Virus record (IMG/VR): IMGVR_UViG_3300035698_006183
Coordinates: 24,797 to 88,796 of that record
Source: a virus
DNA: 64,000 nt
Reading direction: 5' to 3' (one strand)
Positions 48,863-58,264 of the stretch are shown here, in pieces. A program made the position numbers and the translations under genes. The notes beneath the pieces are model-generated. The model did not search any database, was not told the origin of the DNA, and worked only from the letters and a program-made list of their open reading frames with translations. Positions within the stretch are counted from its first letter, which is position 1, and each line of letters starts with the position of its first letter.

Positions 48863-49392
48863 ATTCAATGGATATAATCATTCGGAGTGCTAAGGAAATC
48901 ACTAAAGAGTTTTCTAATGAAGTTGGTAAAATTGCCAAACTTTACATGAGGCAACTGACAGCTCAGTTAGTAGGAGCTGGTGTCCCTGTGGCATATCTTC
49001 CATATGCTTATAAAATTGTTTTTGAAGGTCAGCGTCGTTGGCGTGTTCTCCCGAAAGATAAATATCTTATCTCTGCTCTGAACGGTGTGGTTGTTGATGA
49101 AATGGTAGTTCCCAACTACAATCGGTCACAGAAAGCAGACCAAGACTACAGTGCTAATATCAATGAAGCTCTCAAAGAAACAGCTAAATGGGCACGAAGC
49201 CATCTTGCCCGTCCTATGCAGCACACCTACACGAAGATTGCTACCAAGTACGCAATCAAAGCTAATAAAGAGATGCCTGAGTATTCAGTTGGTGAGTGGC
49301 TGGAGGATTTCCAGCAGACTATTTCAGAATCTCCTAGTCTTTATCCAGGTGGAAACAGAACAGCAGAGATTTTACACACCATTCTCAAATAA
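48859..49392 (+). CDS. Hypothetical protein (177 aa)
   Basis: ATGA overlap; GGAGGAG RBS. Confidence 0.6.
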   Translation: MNSMDIIIRSAKEITKEFSNEVGKIAKLYMRQLTAQLVGAGVPVAYLPYAYKIVFEGQRRWRVLPKDKYLISALNGVVVDEMVVPNYNRSQKADQDYSANINEALKETAKWARSHLARPMQHTYTKIATKYAIKANKEMPEYSVGEWLEDFQQTISESPSLYPGGNRTAEILHTILK

Positions 49393-49458
49393 AAAATTCG
49401 TTTTGGGGTAATATAGAAGATCGAAGTTTGACCCTGTTCATGAGGGAGATGTATATCT

Positions 49459-51069
49459 ATGTCAAATATGGCTCAAGTTCAAGCCCAATTAAAGAAGATT
49501 AGGGAACGGAAAGACCTTGCCCTAAAACCAACTAAATACCTTAAAGAAACCTTCACTGATTTCGATGGGACTGAGAAGCCTCTGAAAATCAGATACTATC
49601 AGGTTCAGGGTATTTTCCACCTCTTACTGATGAAACGGTTTATATTGGGTGACGATACAGGGTTAGGGAAAACCCTTGAATCTATTGGAGCCCTTTGCTA
49701 TCTCTGGGCTAAGAACCCGAACCAAAAAGTCATCATCCTGACAACGAAGTCGGCCACTAACCAGTGGGCTGGTGAGTTTCAGAAGTTTACCCGAGGTGTA
49801 ACAACCATCTTAGGTAAAGGACCCCCCAAAGTCAGAGCAAAAGCCCGAGAAGCCTTTGCCCAAGCTACTGGTCCAACAGTCATGATTATGGGCTACCGTT
49901 CCGCAGTGCAGGATTTCACCCACCTTCAACATTTCAAAGATTTCGTTCTGATTGCTGATGAAGCAACTGCTTTCAAAAACCCCAAGACTCAGGTTCACCA
50001 GGTTTGCCGTCATTTGGCTGCCAACGCCGACCGAGCATGGGGATTGACTGCTACACTTATAAAGAACAATCTGATGGAAGGTTATGGGATTTACCAGGTG
50101 ATTGTACCAGGACTGTTCGAGATGTCTGCCAATCAGTTCATGCTTTATTACTGTTTGGTTCGGATGCAGCCACTTCCAAGAAGCAACCGAAAAGTTCCTG
50201 TCATCATGGGCTATGCCAAGTCCAAAGTCCTGGAGTTCAAGGACACGATTGCCCCGTACTTCTTGGGACGGCCTAAATATGACGTGGCTTCCGAGTTGCC
50301 ATCCTTGACAATCCAGAACATTCCAGTAGAGCTGACAAGTGAGCAGGATTCCAGATACAAGGACGCTTTGGAAGGTCTGCTGGAGATTGGCACTGAAGAA
50401 GGACTGGTCGAGAAGGAAACCACAAAACTGACGGCTATCACATACTGTCAGGAGATTGTGAATGACCTGGAGTTGATTGGCGTACCTGATTGTAAATCCC
50501 CGAAGCTGGAGACCCTGATAGACCTGTTATCTGACGGGGATTTTGCTGAGGAAAACGTCATTGTCTTCACCCGATTCAGGAAGATGGTGGACATTATCAT
50601 GCCTCGGTTGAAGAAAGCCAAGATTTCTGCCTGTCGTATCACAGGGACTGAAGACGAGAACCAACGTGAGAAGGCCAAGGCTGATTTTCAGAACCCCAAA
50701 TCTGATGTCCGTGTGGCTTGTATTACAATGGCCGGTTCTGATGCTATTAACCTTCAGGCTGCTAAAGTTCTGATTTGCTATGATACTCCGTGGTCGGCTG
50801 GTGATTTCATCCAGTTGGTTGGTCGAATGATTCGTATCGGAAGCGTCCACGATGCCTGCTATGCCCTTCATCTGGTGGCCAAGAGCTACATGCATGGAGC
50901 CACGATTGACAAACGAGTCATGGATGTTTTGGGTAAGAAGATGGACTTGATTGAAACTGTCCTTGGTAAACGATTCAAGGGCCAAGAGGATACATCGGTT
51001 ATTGAAGTGTCTAATGATATATCGGACATTTTCAGTGGTTTGGTGAACGATGCTAAAGGATTATTATGA
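49459..51069 (+). CDS. SNF2-family (SF2) helicase/ATPase
   Basis: DDTGLGKT, IADEAT, LTATLIKN, AINLQAA, QLVGRMIRIG. Confidence 0.92.
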   Translation: MSNMAQVQAQLKKIRERKDLALKPTKYLKETFTDFDGTEKPLKIRYYQVQGIFHLLLMKRFILGDDTGLGKTLESIGALCYLWAKNPNQKVIILTTKSATNQWAGEFQKFTRGVTTILGKGPPKVRAKAREAFAQATGPTVMIMGYRSAVQDFTHLQHFKDFVLIADEATAFKNPKTQVHQVCRHLAANADRAWGLTATLIKNNLMEGYGIYQVIVPGLFEMSANQFMLYYCLVRMQPLPRSNRKVPVIMGYAKSKVLEFKDTIAPYFLGRPKYDVASELPSLTIQNIPVELTSEQDSRYKDALEGLLEIGTEEGLVEKETTKLTAITYCQEIVNDLELIGVPDCKSPKLETLIDLLSDGDFAEENVIVFTRFRKMVDIIMPRLKKAKISACRITGTEDENQREKAKADFQNPKSDVRVACITMAGSDAINLQAAKVLICYDTPWSAGDFIQLVGRMIRIGSVHDACYALHLVAKSYMHGATIDKRVMDVLGKKMDLIETVLGKRFKGQEDTSVIEVSNDISDIFSGLVNDAKGLL

Positions 51070-51995
51070 CAAAGACTGATTACCCATCTGGGGATGGATT
51101 GCCAGACTGCCCTGAATGCCGAGGTAGAGGTGTCGTACCCCTGACGAGAGAAGAACGCCCCCCAATGGCTATTGGGGAAATAACTCGAATTTGCAGTTGT
51201 GTGATGGTTCGAGATGTGATGCAAAACCTGGAACGAGGCTGGAAGGGCTTATCGAAAGCCAACCCTATCAAATCGTCACCATTGACCGGTAAACACACGG
51301 ACAACGTGATGATTACTGCTACATCTTTTAAATTGAAACAACACCTTCGACACATTGCAGCCCGAAAAGGACCACGGTGGAATTTCCTCGTGGTGTCAGA
51401 TGCAACTCTGATGGATGCTTGGCTGTCTAAAGGCTTGAATGTTTACGACCCCGACATTGCTGGGATTCGTGAAGAAGACCGTCGGAAAATGGAGAAATCT
51501 CCCATCGAGGCTCTGTCCGAGTTGGTGGAACATGCTGCTTTGCTGGTTGTCTGTCTGGGTGTGAAGGCAGCTCGAAATTCTGCCATGCCCGAAGTCATGT
51601 TGGAGACCCTGACTCTCAGGGACTTCCGAGACAAACCGACATGGATTGTTGACCAACCTGCCTACCCGCTGATGGAAGGACACATATCATATAGTGTTCA
51701 TGTAGGTTCTCAGATTGAAGACTGGGAGCACATTGCATTAGACCCCTATGCAGGAGTGTCTTCGATGGATATCGGGACGGCTGTGCCAGGTGAAACTGCA
51801 CAAGCTAACCTCCCAACACCTTCCAGAAGACTTCCGGGTAGTTGCATACCTCGACAGAAACTAACACCTCCTGACCCTGTTTCACAGACAGCAGCTCCTT
51901 CTCATGTAGTCGGGGAACTTGATGTGGATGAGGAAATTAGACGTATGGAAGAAAAAGAACGTAAAAACAAATGGAAGAAAGGAGGAAGACATTGA
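51066..51995 (+). CDS. DnaC/IstB-like helicase loader with Zn ribbon and degenerate P-loop
   Basis: CPECRGRG..CSC; LLVVCLG at the Walker B position; RDFRDKPTWI; directly upstream of DnaB. Confidence 0.55.
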   Translation: MTKTDYPSGDGLPDCPECRGRGVVPLTREERPPMAIGEITRICSCVMVRDVMQNLERGWKGLSKANPIKSSPLTGKHTDNVMITATSFKLKQHLRHIAARKGPRWNFLVVSDATLMDAWLSKGLNVYDPDIAGIREEDRRKMEKSPIEALSELVEHAALLVVCLGVKAARNSAMPEVMLETLTLRDFRDKPTWIVDQPAYPLMEGHISYSVHVGSQIEDWEHIALDPYAGVSSMDIGTAVPGETAQANLPTPSRRLPGSCIPRQKLTPPDPVSQTAAPSHVVGELDVDEEIRRMEEKERKNKWKKGGRH

Positions 51996-53638
51996 AAACA
52001 CTACTTCGTTCAACATTCATTGCAGCACCCAGTGACAATCCTGACCTGTATATACGAAATTACATCAAGCTCGATGATTCCTCTTTACAGTTTGACCTTC
52101 CTGAAGATGTGACCATCTGGGAATTTGTCAAACAGTTTGTCAGAGCTCATAACCATGTCCCTGACATCAGTACCTTACAAACTCACTTCTCCAGAATTGG
52201 AGAGGATACTGTTCTTGAACGGCTTCGAGTGTTAGAGAACCTTCCAGGCTTCTCTCAGGGTGATTTTGATACCCGACTGGGAGTTAAAGCTGAGGAACGT
52301 CGTGTCCGTGAAGTTACGGAACTGATGAAAGATGCCAGTACAATCTTGACAACAGGATTAGAGATCAAAAAAGGCAGAGAGAAAAAGATACTGAAGGGTC
52401 CTATGGACTCGGTTCATTACTTCTTGGAGAAAAGCCACAGTGTGGTAGCTCCAGTCACAGGCTCTCGTCTGTCTGGAGAAGTAACCCAAGATGGAGAAGA
52501 CTTCACCCGCCGGTATGAACGTGTTGAGGCCGACCCTCTGGCTGGAATCGGCCAACATACTGGATTAACTCAAATTGATGTTGCTACTAATGGTGCCAGA
52601 AAGTTCGAACTGTGGATTCACGCAGCGTTCACTGGCGGGATGAAGTCTACTTGGGTTTTGAACTGGTGTTACAATCAGGCAATCTACCACCTCCACTCCA
52701 GTCTGTTGTTCAGTCTGGAAATGCCCTATGAGCAATGCAGGAACCTTCTGTATGCCATTCACTCAAGCCATCCTAAGTTCAGGCTTATCAGATATTTCCT
52801 GGGCCTTCAATCGTCCCCCGTAGATACTGTAGGCTTGGAGTATGAGAATCTTCGTGATGGTACTTTGGACAGGTTCCATGACAATGCTAAACGATTCTTG
52901 TTCGATTACGTCGTACCTGATTTCAACGGCAAAGTTGTGGACGTGGATACTTGCCCCCTGACTGGGAACAAGTACCATGACCCAGTAACCAAAGAAGTCC
53001 TGAGCTGTACTGTGGACGAGATGGGCAAACCCTATCCGAAATCCAGTGAGTACGGGAAAATCCACATTGAAGTGGCTGACCCGAACAGGATGGACTTCAC
53101 GATGGATAATCTCAGGCAGAAGGCCGAGCTTATCTACTCCAAGAGTCCCTTCAGAATGATTGTCATTGATCATGTAAGTTTGCTTTCACCTCGTAAATGG
53201 GTGGCCAGCCGTACTGACAGAGATAATGAAATCATTCGTGATACGAAGAAACTGGCCATGTCGTTCAACAGAGGTGAGGGGATTGCTGTTGTGGCACTAT
53301 TCCAAATCTCTCGTGAGGGCCATAAGTCGGCTATGAAGATAAAAGAGAAGACAGGTTCAGCTCGGTATGAGTTGACAGCTCTCTCTTATGCCAATGAAGC
53401 TGAGAGGTCGGCAGATATCGTTACATCCTCCTGGATTGATGAGGACCTCATTGCTGCCAACAGGGTTCAGTTCCAGTGTTTAAAATCTCGTGATCAGAAA
53501 CCATTCGAGATGTTTTTGTCTCGTGTGGAATGGCCATGCCGTCGGATTCTGACATGTTTCGACATGCCGATGACCAGCACTCAGAATCAAGATGTTGGAG
53601 ACGAGGTAGACAAGCAGGCTGAATTGCTAGATATATGA
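51992..53638 (+). CDS. dnaB: Replicative DnaB-like SF4 helicase
   Basis: AAFTGGMKST, FSLEM, IVIDH, LFQISR, ERSADIV, KSRD; TTG start after GGAGG. Confidence 0.85.
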   Translation: MKTLLRSTFIAAPSDNPDLYIRNYIKLDDSSLQFDLPEDVTIWEFVKQFVRAHNHVPDISTLQTHFSRIGEDTVLERLRVLENLPGFSQGDFDTRLGVKAEERRVREVTELMKDASTILTTGLEIKKGREKKILKGPMDSVHYFLEKSHSVVAPVTGSRLSGEVTQDGEDFTRRYERVEADPLAGIGQHTGLTQIDVATNGARKFELWIHAAFTGGMKSTWVLNWCYNQAIYHLHSSLLFSLEMPYEQCRNLLYAIHSSHPKFRLIRYFLGLQSSPVDTVGLEYENLRDGTLDRFHDNAKRFLFDYVVPDFNGKVVDVDTCPLTGNKYHDPVTKEVLSCTVDEMGKPYPKSSEYGKIHIEVADPNRMDFTMDNLRQKAELIYSKSPFRMIVIDHVSLLSPRKWVASRTDRDNEIIRDTKKLAMSFNRGEGIAVVALFQISREGHKSAMKIKEKTGSARYELTALSYANEAERSADIVTSSWIDEDLIAANRVQFQCLKSRDQKPFEMFLSRVEWPCRRILTCFDMPMTSTQNQDVGDEVDKQAELLDI

Positions 53639-54852
53639 GAGCAATCTCTGTAGTCCGAAAACCAATGGAGTCAACAACTCCGATGAACTGTGTCCGATTC
53701 GGTACGGGAGCACTTAATATAGACCCGTGCCGAATCGGAACTCAGGAGAAAATCAAAGCGGGTGGGGCAGGTATGCTCCTATCCCACATCCGTGATGGAA
53801 AACCTGGGGAAGGTTCCGATTACAAACAGAATCCTGGAGGGCGGTGGCCGTCCAATGTCATCTTAAACCACCCAGAATCCTGTACCCCTGGGTATTGTGT
53901 ATCAGGATGCCCGATTCCTCAGATGGATGCTGATAGCCTTCAAGGTGGAATCCATGCTGCGGGTAATAAAAAGAAGGCTAAGACAACGGAGAAAGGTCAT
54001 ACTTTTAACTTTGCAGCCTTCGACCACAACCCTGATTACTATGGGGACTCTGGTGGGGCATCTCGGTTTTTCAAGTGTGTGAAAGAAGATAAACTCATGA
54101 ACATACCACAGGAACTATTAGATTACCTTATAACACTCATATCTACACCGACTATGGCAGCTCTGTACAAGGATGACATCAGTACGTGGGTAGTCGGTCT
54201 GCATCCCGACAACTCCTGGCCGGGTCTTGTAGCCTATGGGCAGCCTTCAGAAGAACAGGCTGCCGACCTGAAGAGAGTTCTGATGCCTGGGGCACACTTA
54301 CTACTGATTGCTCCTGATTCGGAGCCTACAGGCCACACAGGGACGTGTCGAGTTGAGGATGCAGGCTTTGAGATTCGTGATGCAATCCTGTGGGTTCAAG
54401 AAGCTGGCCATTTCCATTATGTCCCCAAGGCTTCACGTTCAGAACGAGAGGCTGGGTGTTATGCTATTGGCCCTCAGAAACGTGATGAGTCTCGTCAAGA
54501 AGGCGACCCTGGAGGTGACAATCCTCGGAATAGAGGGGTGAACCCTGTCAAGAACTTCCACCCTACAGTAAAGCCTATCAAGTTGATGGAACGGTTGTTA
54601 TCAGGTGTGCCTGTTAAAGACGGACCCATCCTTGACCCGTTTATGGGAAGTGGTTCTACTGGGATTGCCTGCCTACAAACTGGCCATGATTTCATTGGTG
54701 TGGATAGAGAAAAAGATTACGTCGGGATTTCAACATCTCGAATCAGACACTGGGATAGTGAACAAGGTTACATCCACCGACAGGTGGAATCAGATTATAA
54801 ACCAGAAGTTATCGAACAAGAGCCTGTAGATTTATGGGACATGGAGGACTAA
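53635..54852 (+). CDS. N6A/N4C (beta-class) DNA methyltransferase-like protein with SAM-binding motif but no DPPY
   Basis: HPTVKP and LDPFMGSGSTG are present; the expected TDPPYG reads GLVAYG; N-terminal RKP..GTGALNID..GRWPSN..GGASRFF module. Confidence 0.8.
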   Translation: MRAISVVRKPMESTTPMNCVRFGTGALNIDPCRIGTQEKIKAGGAGMLLSHIRDGKPGEGSDYKQNPGGRWPSNVILNHPESCTPGYCVSGCPIPQMDADSLQGGIHAAGNKKKAKTTEKGHTFNFAAFDHNPDYYGDSGGASRFFKCVKEDKLMNIPQELLDYLITLISTPTMAALYKDDISTWVVGLHPDNSWPGLVAYGQPSEEQAADLKRVLMPGAHLLLIAPDSEPTGHTGTCRVEDAGFEIRDAILWVQEAGHFHYVPKASRSEREAGCYAIGPQKRDESRQEGDPGGDNPRNRGVNPVKNFHPTVKPIKLMERLLSGVPVKDGPILDPFMGSGSTGIACLQTGHDFIGVDREKDYVGISTSRIRHWDSEQGYIHRQVESDYKPEVIEQEPVDLWDMED

Positions 54853-55662
54853 ATGCCAAACAAAGCCATTGGAATCGTTGGGGTTGATTACTGTGGTTCC
54901 ACTCTGCTGAATTATATTTGGGATGGTATCCCTGGTGTATTTGGTGCCGGTGAAACTCATTGGGTTTTAGATAAACCTGAAATCAATTGCCGACAATGCA
55001 ATCGTCCTCGATGCTTGGTATGGAAACCAGAGATTCGAGAGTATTTACCTCAAGCAGCAGACAATGGGAAATGGTGGGATGCACTTCGAGAAATGGCCAA
55101 GGCTGAAATCGTTGTGTCTTCTGACAAGAAAGCTGTCCATTACGAACAGTTTGGAGTTCCTTCCCGACTTGTTTTCAGTTTCAAGGAGCCACTGGCTCAT
55201 ATTTTCAGCCGAGCTGCTGTCAAGTTGGGGAAAAGTGATGCTGCTGTTAACATTGAAATTAACAATGACACATTGGATGAGGCTATCACTTGGTGGGTAG
55301 ATGAAACCAATACCACTCTTGATTGGCTTATGGAACAGGATTCAGAGTTCAAGGTTGTCAAGATGGAGTTGTTAGTGGATAAACCTGCTGCTCACCTGAA
55401 AGCCTTCTGTAAATGGGCTGGTGTGAAATATGATGCTACGGCACTAACATTCTGGCGGAAACGTCACCATTATATCGGTGGTAATCATGCCCTAACTCGT
55501 CTGAAACGCTCATACTATTTCTTCAGGAAGCTCAAGAAAGACGAACGCTGGAAAGATTGTTTCACACAGGAACAAGTGGATAGAATCCAGAGTGCTGATG
55601 ATGTGAAAGCTGTCACAAAACGTCTGGAAGCTCTCTTAACCCCTGAAAAGTTACTGGCTTAG
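54853..55662 (+). CDS. PAPS-dependent sulfotransferase-family protein
   Basis: 5'-PSB loop GVDYCGSTLL, GE, SSDK, MELLVDKP..L..FCKWAGV; CxxC-x4-C. Confidence 0.75.
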   Translation: MPNKAIGIVGVDYCGSTLLNYIWDGIPGVFGAGETHWVLDKPEINCRQCNRPRCLVWKPEIREYLPQAADNGKWWDALREMAKAEIVVSSDKKAVHYEQFGVPSRLVFSFKEPLAHIFSRAAVKLGKSDAAVNIEINNDTLDEAITWWVDETNTTLDWLMEQDSEFKVVKMELLVDKPAAHLKAFCKWAGVKYDATALTFWRKRHHYIGGNHALTRLKRSYYFFRKLKKDERWKDCFTQEQVDRIQSADDVKAVTKRLEALLTPEKLLA

Positions 55663-55685
55663 AAGGTCAGAGTTTCGAGTTGTTG
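55656..55685 (+). promoter_or_regulatory. Phage bipartite promoter-like motif, copy 5
   Basis: GGCTTAG aaggtcagagttt CGAGTTGTTG; its TAG is also the sulfotransferase stop codon. Confidence 0.8.
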
Positions 55686-55701
55686 GAATAGGAGAGGTTA
55701 G

Positions 55702-56343
55702 ATGATCAGTAAAAAATATACAGATTCTGTAATGCAAACTACTGTTAAAAGAAAGGCTCAGAAAGCTATTGCACTGGCCACACTCGCCACACTCCAAATG
55801 AAGGACAGACTCAGTAAAAGTCAGTTAGAAGACTATGCTATGGACTTGATTGAAAAGCCCGAGGATGAGTTAGATACCCTTTTAGAAGAATTCAAAGTCA
55901 GTCCTAAAGACAAGACTAACCAACATATATTGAAAAAATGCCCGAATGATGGGTGTTGTAGTGATGGGCTTCAATTGGAAGTTCATGGTGGCCCGGATTT
56001 CGATTATGTGCAGTGTAACTCCTGTGGAACTCGGGGTCCTGTGTTTGATGGACACCCCGAAGATGCCATCAGAGCTTGGAACAACCTCCCACGACCATCA
56101 AAAGTTCAGAGGTTGCAGCAGTGGGTTGAAGACCTGCAATCAGGTATGTACGTCAATTGTGTCTACTGTGGCCATCGTTATGGTCCGAAAGAAGATACTC
56201 CTGTTGCAATGGCTGAAGTGTTGAAAGAACATATTCAACATTGTCCTGACCATCCGTTGAGCCATGCCAACCAGGAAATTACAGAACTGAAGACTACGAT
56301 AACAGAGATGCAGTCTTCAATAGACCGTTTGAAAAGGAAATAA
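55702..56343 (+). CDS. Multi-domain protein with Lar (restriction alleviation)-like Zn finger and a second Zn finger
   Basis: LKKCP..C..YVQCNSCGTRGP..EDAIRAWN; CVYCGH..HIQHC. Confidence 0.65.
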   Translation: MISKKYTDSVMQTTVKRKAQKAIALATLATLQMKDRLSKSQLEDYAMDLIEKPEDELDTLLEEFKVSPKDKTNQHILKKCPNDGCCSDGLQLEVHGGPDFDYVQCNSCGTRGPVFDGHPEDAIRAWNNLPRPSKVQRLQQWVEDLQSGMYVNCVYCGHRYGPKEDTPVAMAEVLKEHIQHCPDHPLSHANQEITELKTTITEMQSSIDRLKRK

Positions 56344-56344
56344 A

Positions 56345-56828
56345 ATGGCAGAGAACACAGAAGCAGAGAAAAAATACAAAGGTGAAGTAATGATTCACCA
56401 GACCGATGTTTTCAACCAGATGCAGATTGTTCTGGATGAGATAGAACACCGACAGGCTACTCATGACAGGTCCAAGCTCAGTGAGGATGAATTCCCGACA
56501 TATGCTCGGGTCATTCCGAAGATGAAGGGTCTGCCTTTCGGCTCTCCTGAAGCCAAGGCTATTGTGAAAGAACTCGGCCCTGCTCTCCAGCACCATTACG
56601 AGAACAACCGACATCACCCTGAACATTTCGAGAATGGTATCGCTGGTATGAATCTTCTTGATATGATTGAGATGGTGTGTGACTGGAAAGCTGTTTCCGA
56701 AGCTAAAGGGAACGACTTGAAAAACAGGTATGGTTGAAGTTCTGTTCCCGAAACACAAAATAACAGAGCCCTTGGCAACTATCCTGTTGAATACAGCGGA
56801 CATGCTGGAAAAAGGTGATGAAGAATGA
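56345..56828 (+). pseudogene. DUF5662-family (HD-like) protein with a +1 frameshift at the A5 run 56720-56724
   Basis: HDRSK, HHYENNRHHPEHF and EMVCDW are present. The +1 frame continues TGMVEVLFPKHKITEPLATILLNT..* to the TGA overlapping the next ATG. Confidence 0.7.
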
Positions 56829-57064
56829 AAGGCATTAACGTACAAGTAAAAGAAGGTCTCATTGACATCAATATTGACACCAAAGTTGCCATTGATGTCA
56901 AAGCTATGATGAAAATGCAACGTCAAGGAGGCTGGGACCAAGGTTTGAATCAAGTAGTGTCCAGACTTTTAGACCCGATGCTTTTGGAAATCCAACAGGA
57001 ACTTGAACGTACTCTCCATCAGGCAATCATCCGTGGAGAGATTGACTATAAGGCAGCTATCTGA
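56825..57064 (+). CDS. Hypothetical protein (79 aa)
   Basis: ATGA-coupled operon ORF. Confidence 0.6.
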   Translation: MKGINVQVKEGLIDINIDTKVAIDVKAMMKMQRQGGWDQGLNQVVSRLLDPMLLEIQQELERTLHQAIIRGEIDYKAAI

Positions 57065-57345
57065 TGACGGAACCACACTCAGAAATTATGGTAGATGGGG
57101 AGTTTGTAAAACGAGAAGTTATCACGGAAATCCCTGCTGAGTTTGACACAAGTAGTTTGTTGTTCGATAAGCTCTTGAAGATGCTCAATAAAGCATGGCC
57201 TCTTGATGATGGTGTTGTGGAATTCAAAATAGAAGACCGTGAGATTGTAGCCTACCATAAGACTCTGTTAAATGAAGCTGCTTTGAGTTCCTTTGAGAAT
57301 TATGCCCGAGGGTGGATTGGTTGTTACCAACACCTGAGTAAGTAG
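57064..57345 (+). CDS. Hypothetical protein (93 aa)
   Basis: TGATG coupling. Confidence 0.6.
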   Translation: MTEPHSEIMVDGEFVKREVITEIPAEFDTSSLLFDKLLKMLNKAWPLDDGVVEFKIEDREIVAYHKTLLNEAALSSFENYARGWIGCYQHLSK

Positions 57346-57356
57346 AGAGAAGTGAA

Positions 57357-57557
57357 ATGAAGCATCTTTACATATGTGCTTTCTGTGGAGAAAAATACAC
57401 GGAATACGAAGCAGCATTACTGCCTCAGAGTAACAGTACAGCACCGGCACCTATGTGTTGTGGTTTCTCAATAAATCATCAAACCTGGGAAGACGAGGGA
57501 TTGTCTGCCCTTATAAACGATGCTGCAACAGAGGCTTTAGGGGAGAATGACAAGTGA
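57357..57557 (+). CDS. Small Zn-ribbon protein
   Basis: CAFCG...MCCG. Confidence 0.55.
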   Translation: MKHLYICAFCGEKYTEYEAALLPQSNSTAPAPMCCGFSINHQTWEDEGLSALINDAATEALGENDK

Positions 57558-58264
57558 CTCAGAAACTGAACATACATCAGTCCGACTGTAAGATTTTCAT
57601 GCAAGCCCTTGCAGAGAACTCCCTCGGTGGGATTGTCTGTGACCCTCCATATGGCCTCTCATTCATGAATAAAGAATGGGATGACCTCGATCAATGGAAA
57701 ACAGGTGCTGCCATGAGCAGTCCTGGCATTGGCCAACGTGAGATAGAATGGCCAGCCTACGGAGGAACTCAACCTTTCGGTGGAGCCAACCCAACATGTA
57801 AAACCTGTGGTGGACGGCTTCGGGGTGTTAAGAAATGCACCTGTGACGAACCAGAATGGCTCGTAGACGGTGAACCCGTCGGAGATGGAGCCAATGTATC
57901 AGTTAACATCTCCTTGGACAACGTACACGCTCAGCAGGCTTGGCATCTGAATTGGCTGAAAGAAGCCTTTCGGGTATTAAAACCAGGAGCAGTGATTAAA
58001 GCCTTCGGCGGAACCAGAACTTTCCATAGGTTGGCAGCTGCAATGGAGCAGGCAGGATTCGTAGATATTCAGATGGATGCCTGGATATACGGCAGCGGTT
58101 TCCCGAAGTCCTTGAACATCTCCAAAGCACTCCGTCGGAAGATGGATTCTGTGAACCATACGTTAGTCCCTACGGATGAGGCTTTACTTGAAAGATTCGA
58201 AGGTTACGGCACAGCTTTGAAGCCAGCTTGGGAACCGTTCATTATTGGGAGGAAACCTGAATGA
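57554..58264 (+). CDS. N6A/N4C DNA methyltransferase, N-terminal catalytic half only (DPPY present, no FxGxG)
   Basis: CDPPYGLSFM..WD, RVLKPG, WIYGSGFPKS; ends at GTALKPAWEPFIIGRKPE*. Confidence 0.85.
   Translation: MTQKLNIHQSDCKIFMQALAENSLGGIVCDPPYGLSFMNKEWDDLDQWKTGAAMSSPGIGQREIEWPAYGGTQPFGGANPTCKTCGGRLRGVKKCTCDEPEWLVDGEPVGDGANVSVNISLDNVHAQQAWHLNWLKEAFRVLKPGAVIKAFGGTRTFHRLAAAMEQAGFVDIQMDAWIYGSGFPKSLNISKALRRKMDSVNHTLVPTDEALLERFEGYGTALKPAWEPFIIGRKPE

Noticed and set aside
47287-49416. Third promoter class GGGTA(A/T)TA upstream of 47317 and 49459
   Set aside because: Too short and too few copies to distinguish from chance.
44679-53638. Inteins or introns in the helicases
   Set aside because: No C/S...HN-C/S/T splice termini or LAGLIDADG motifs were seen.
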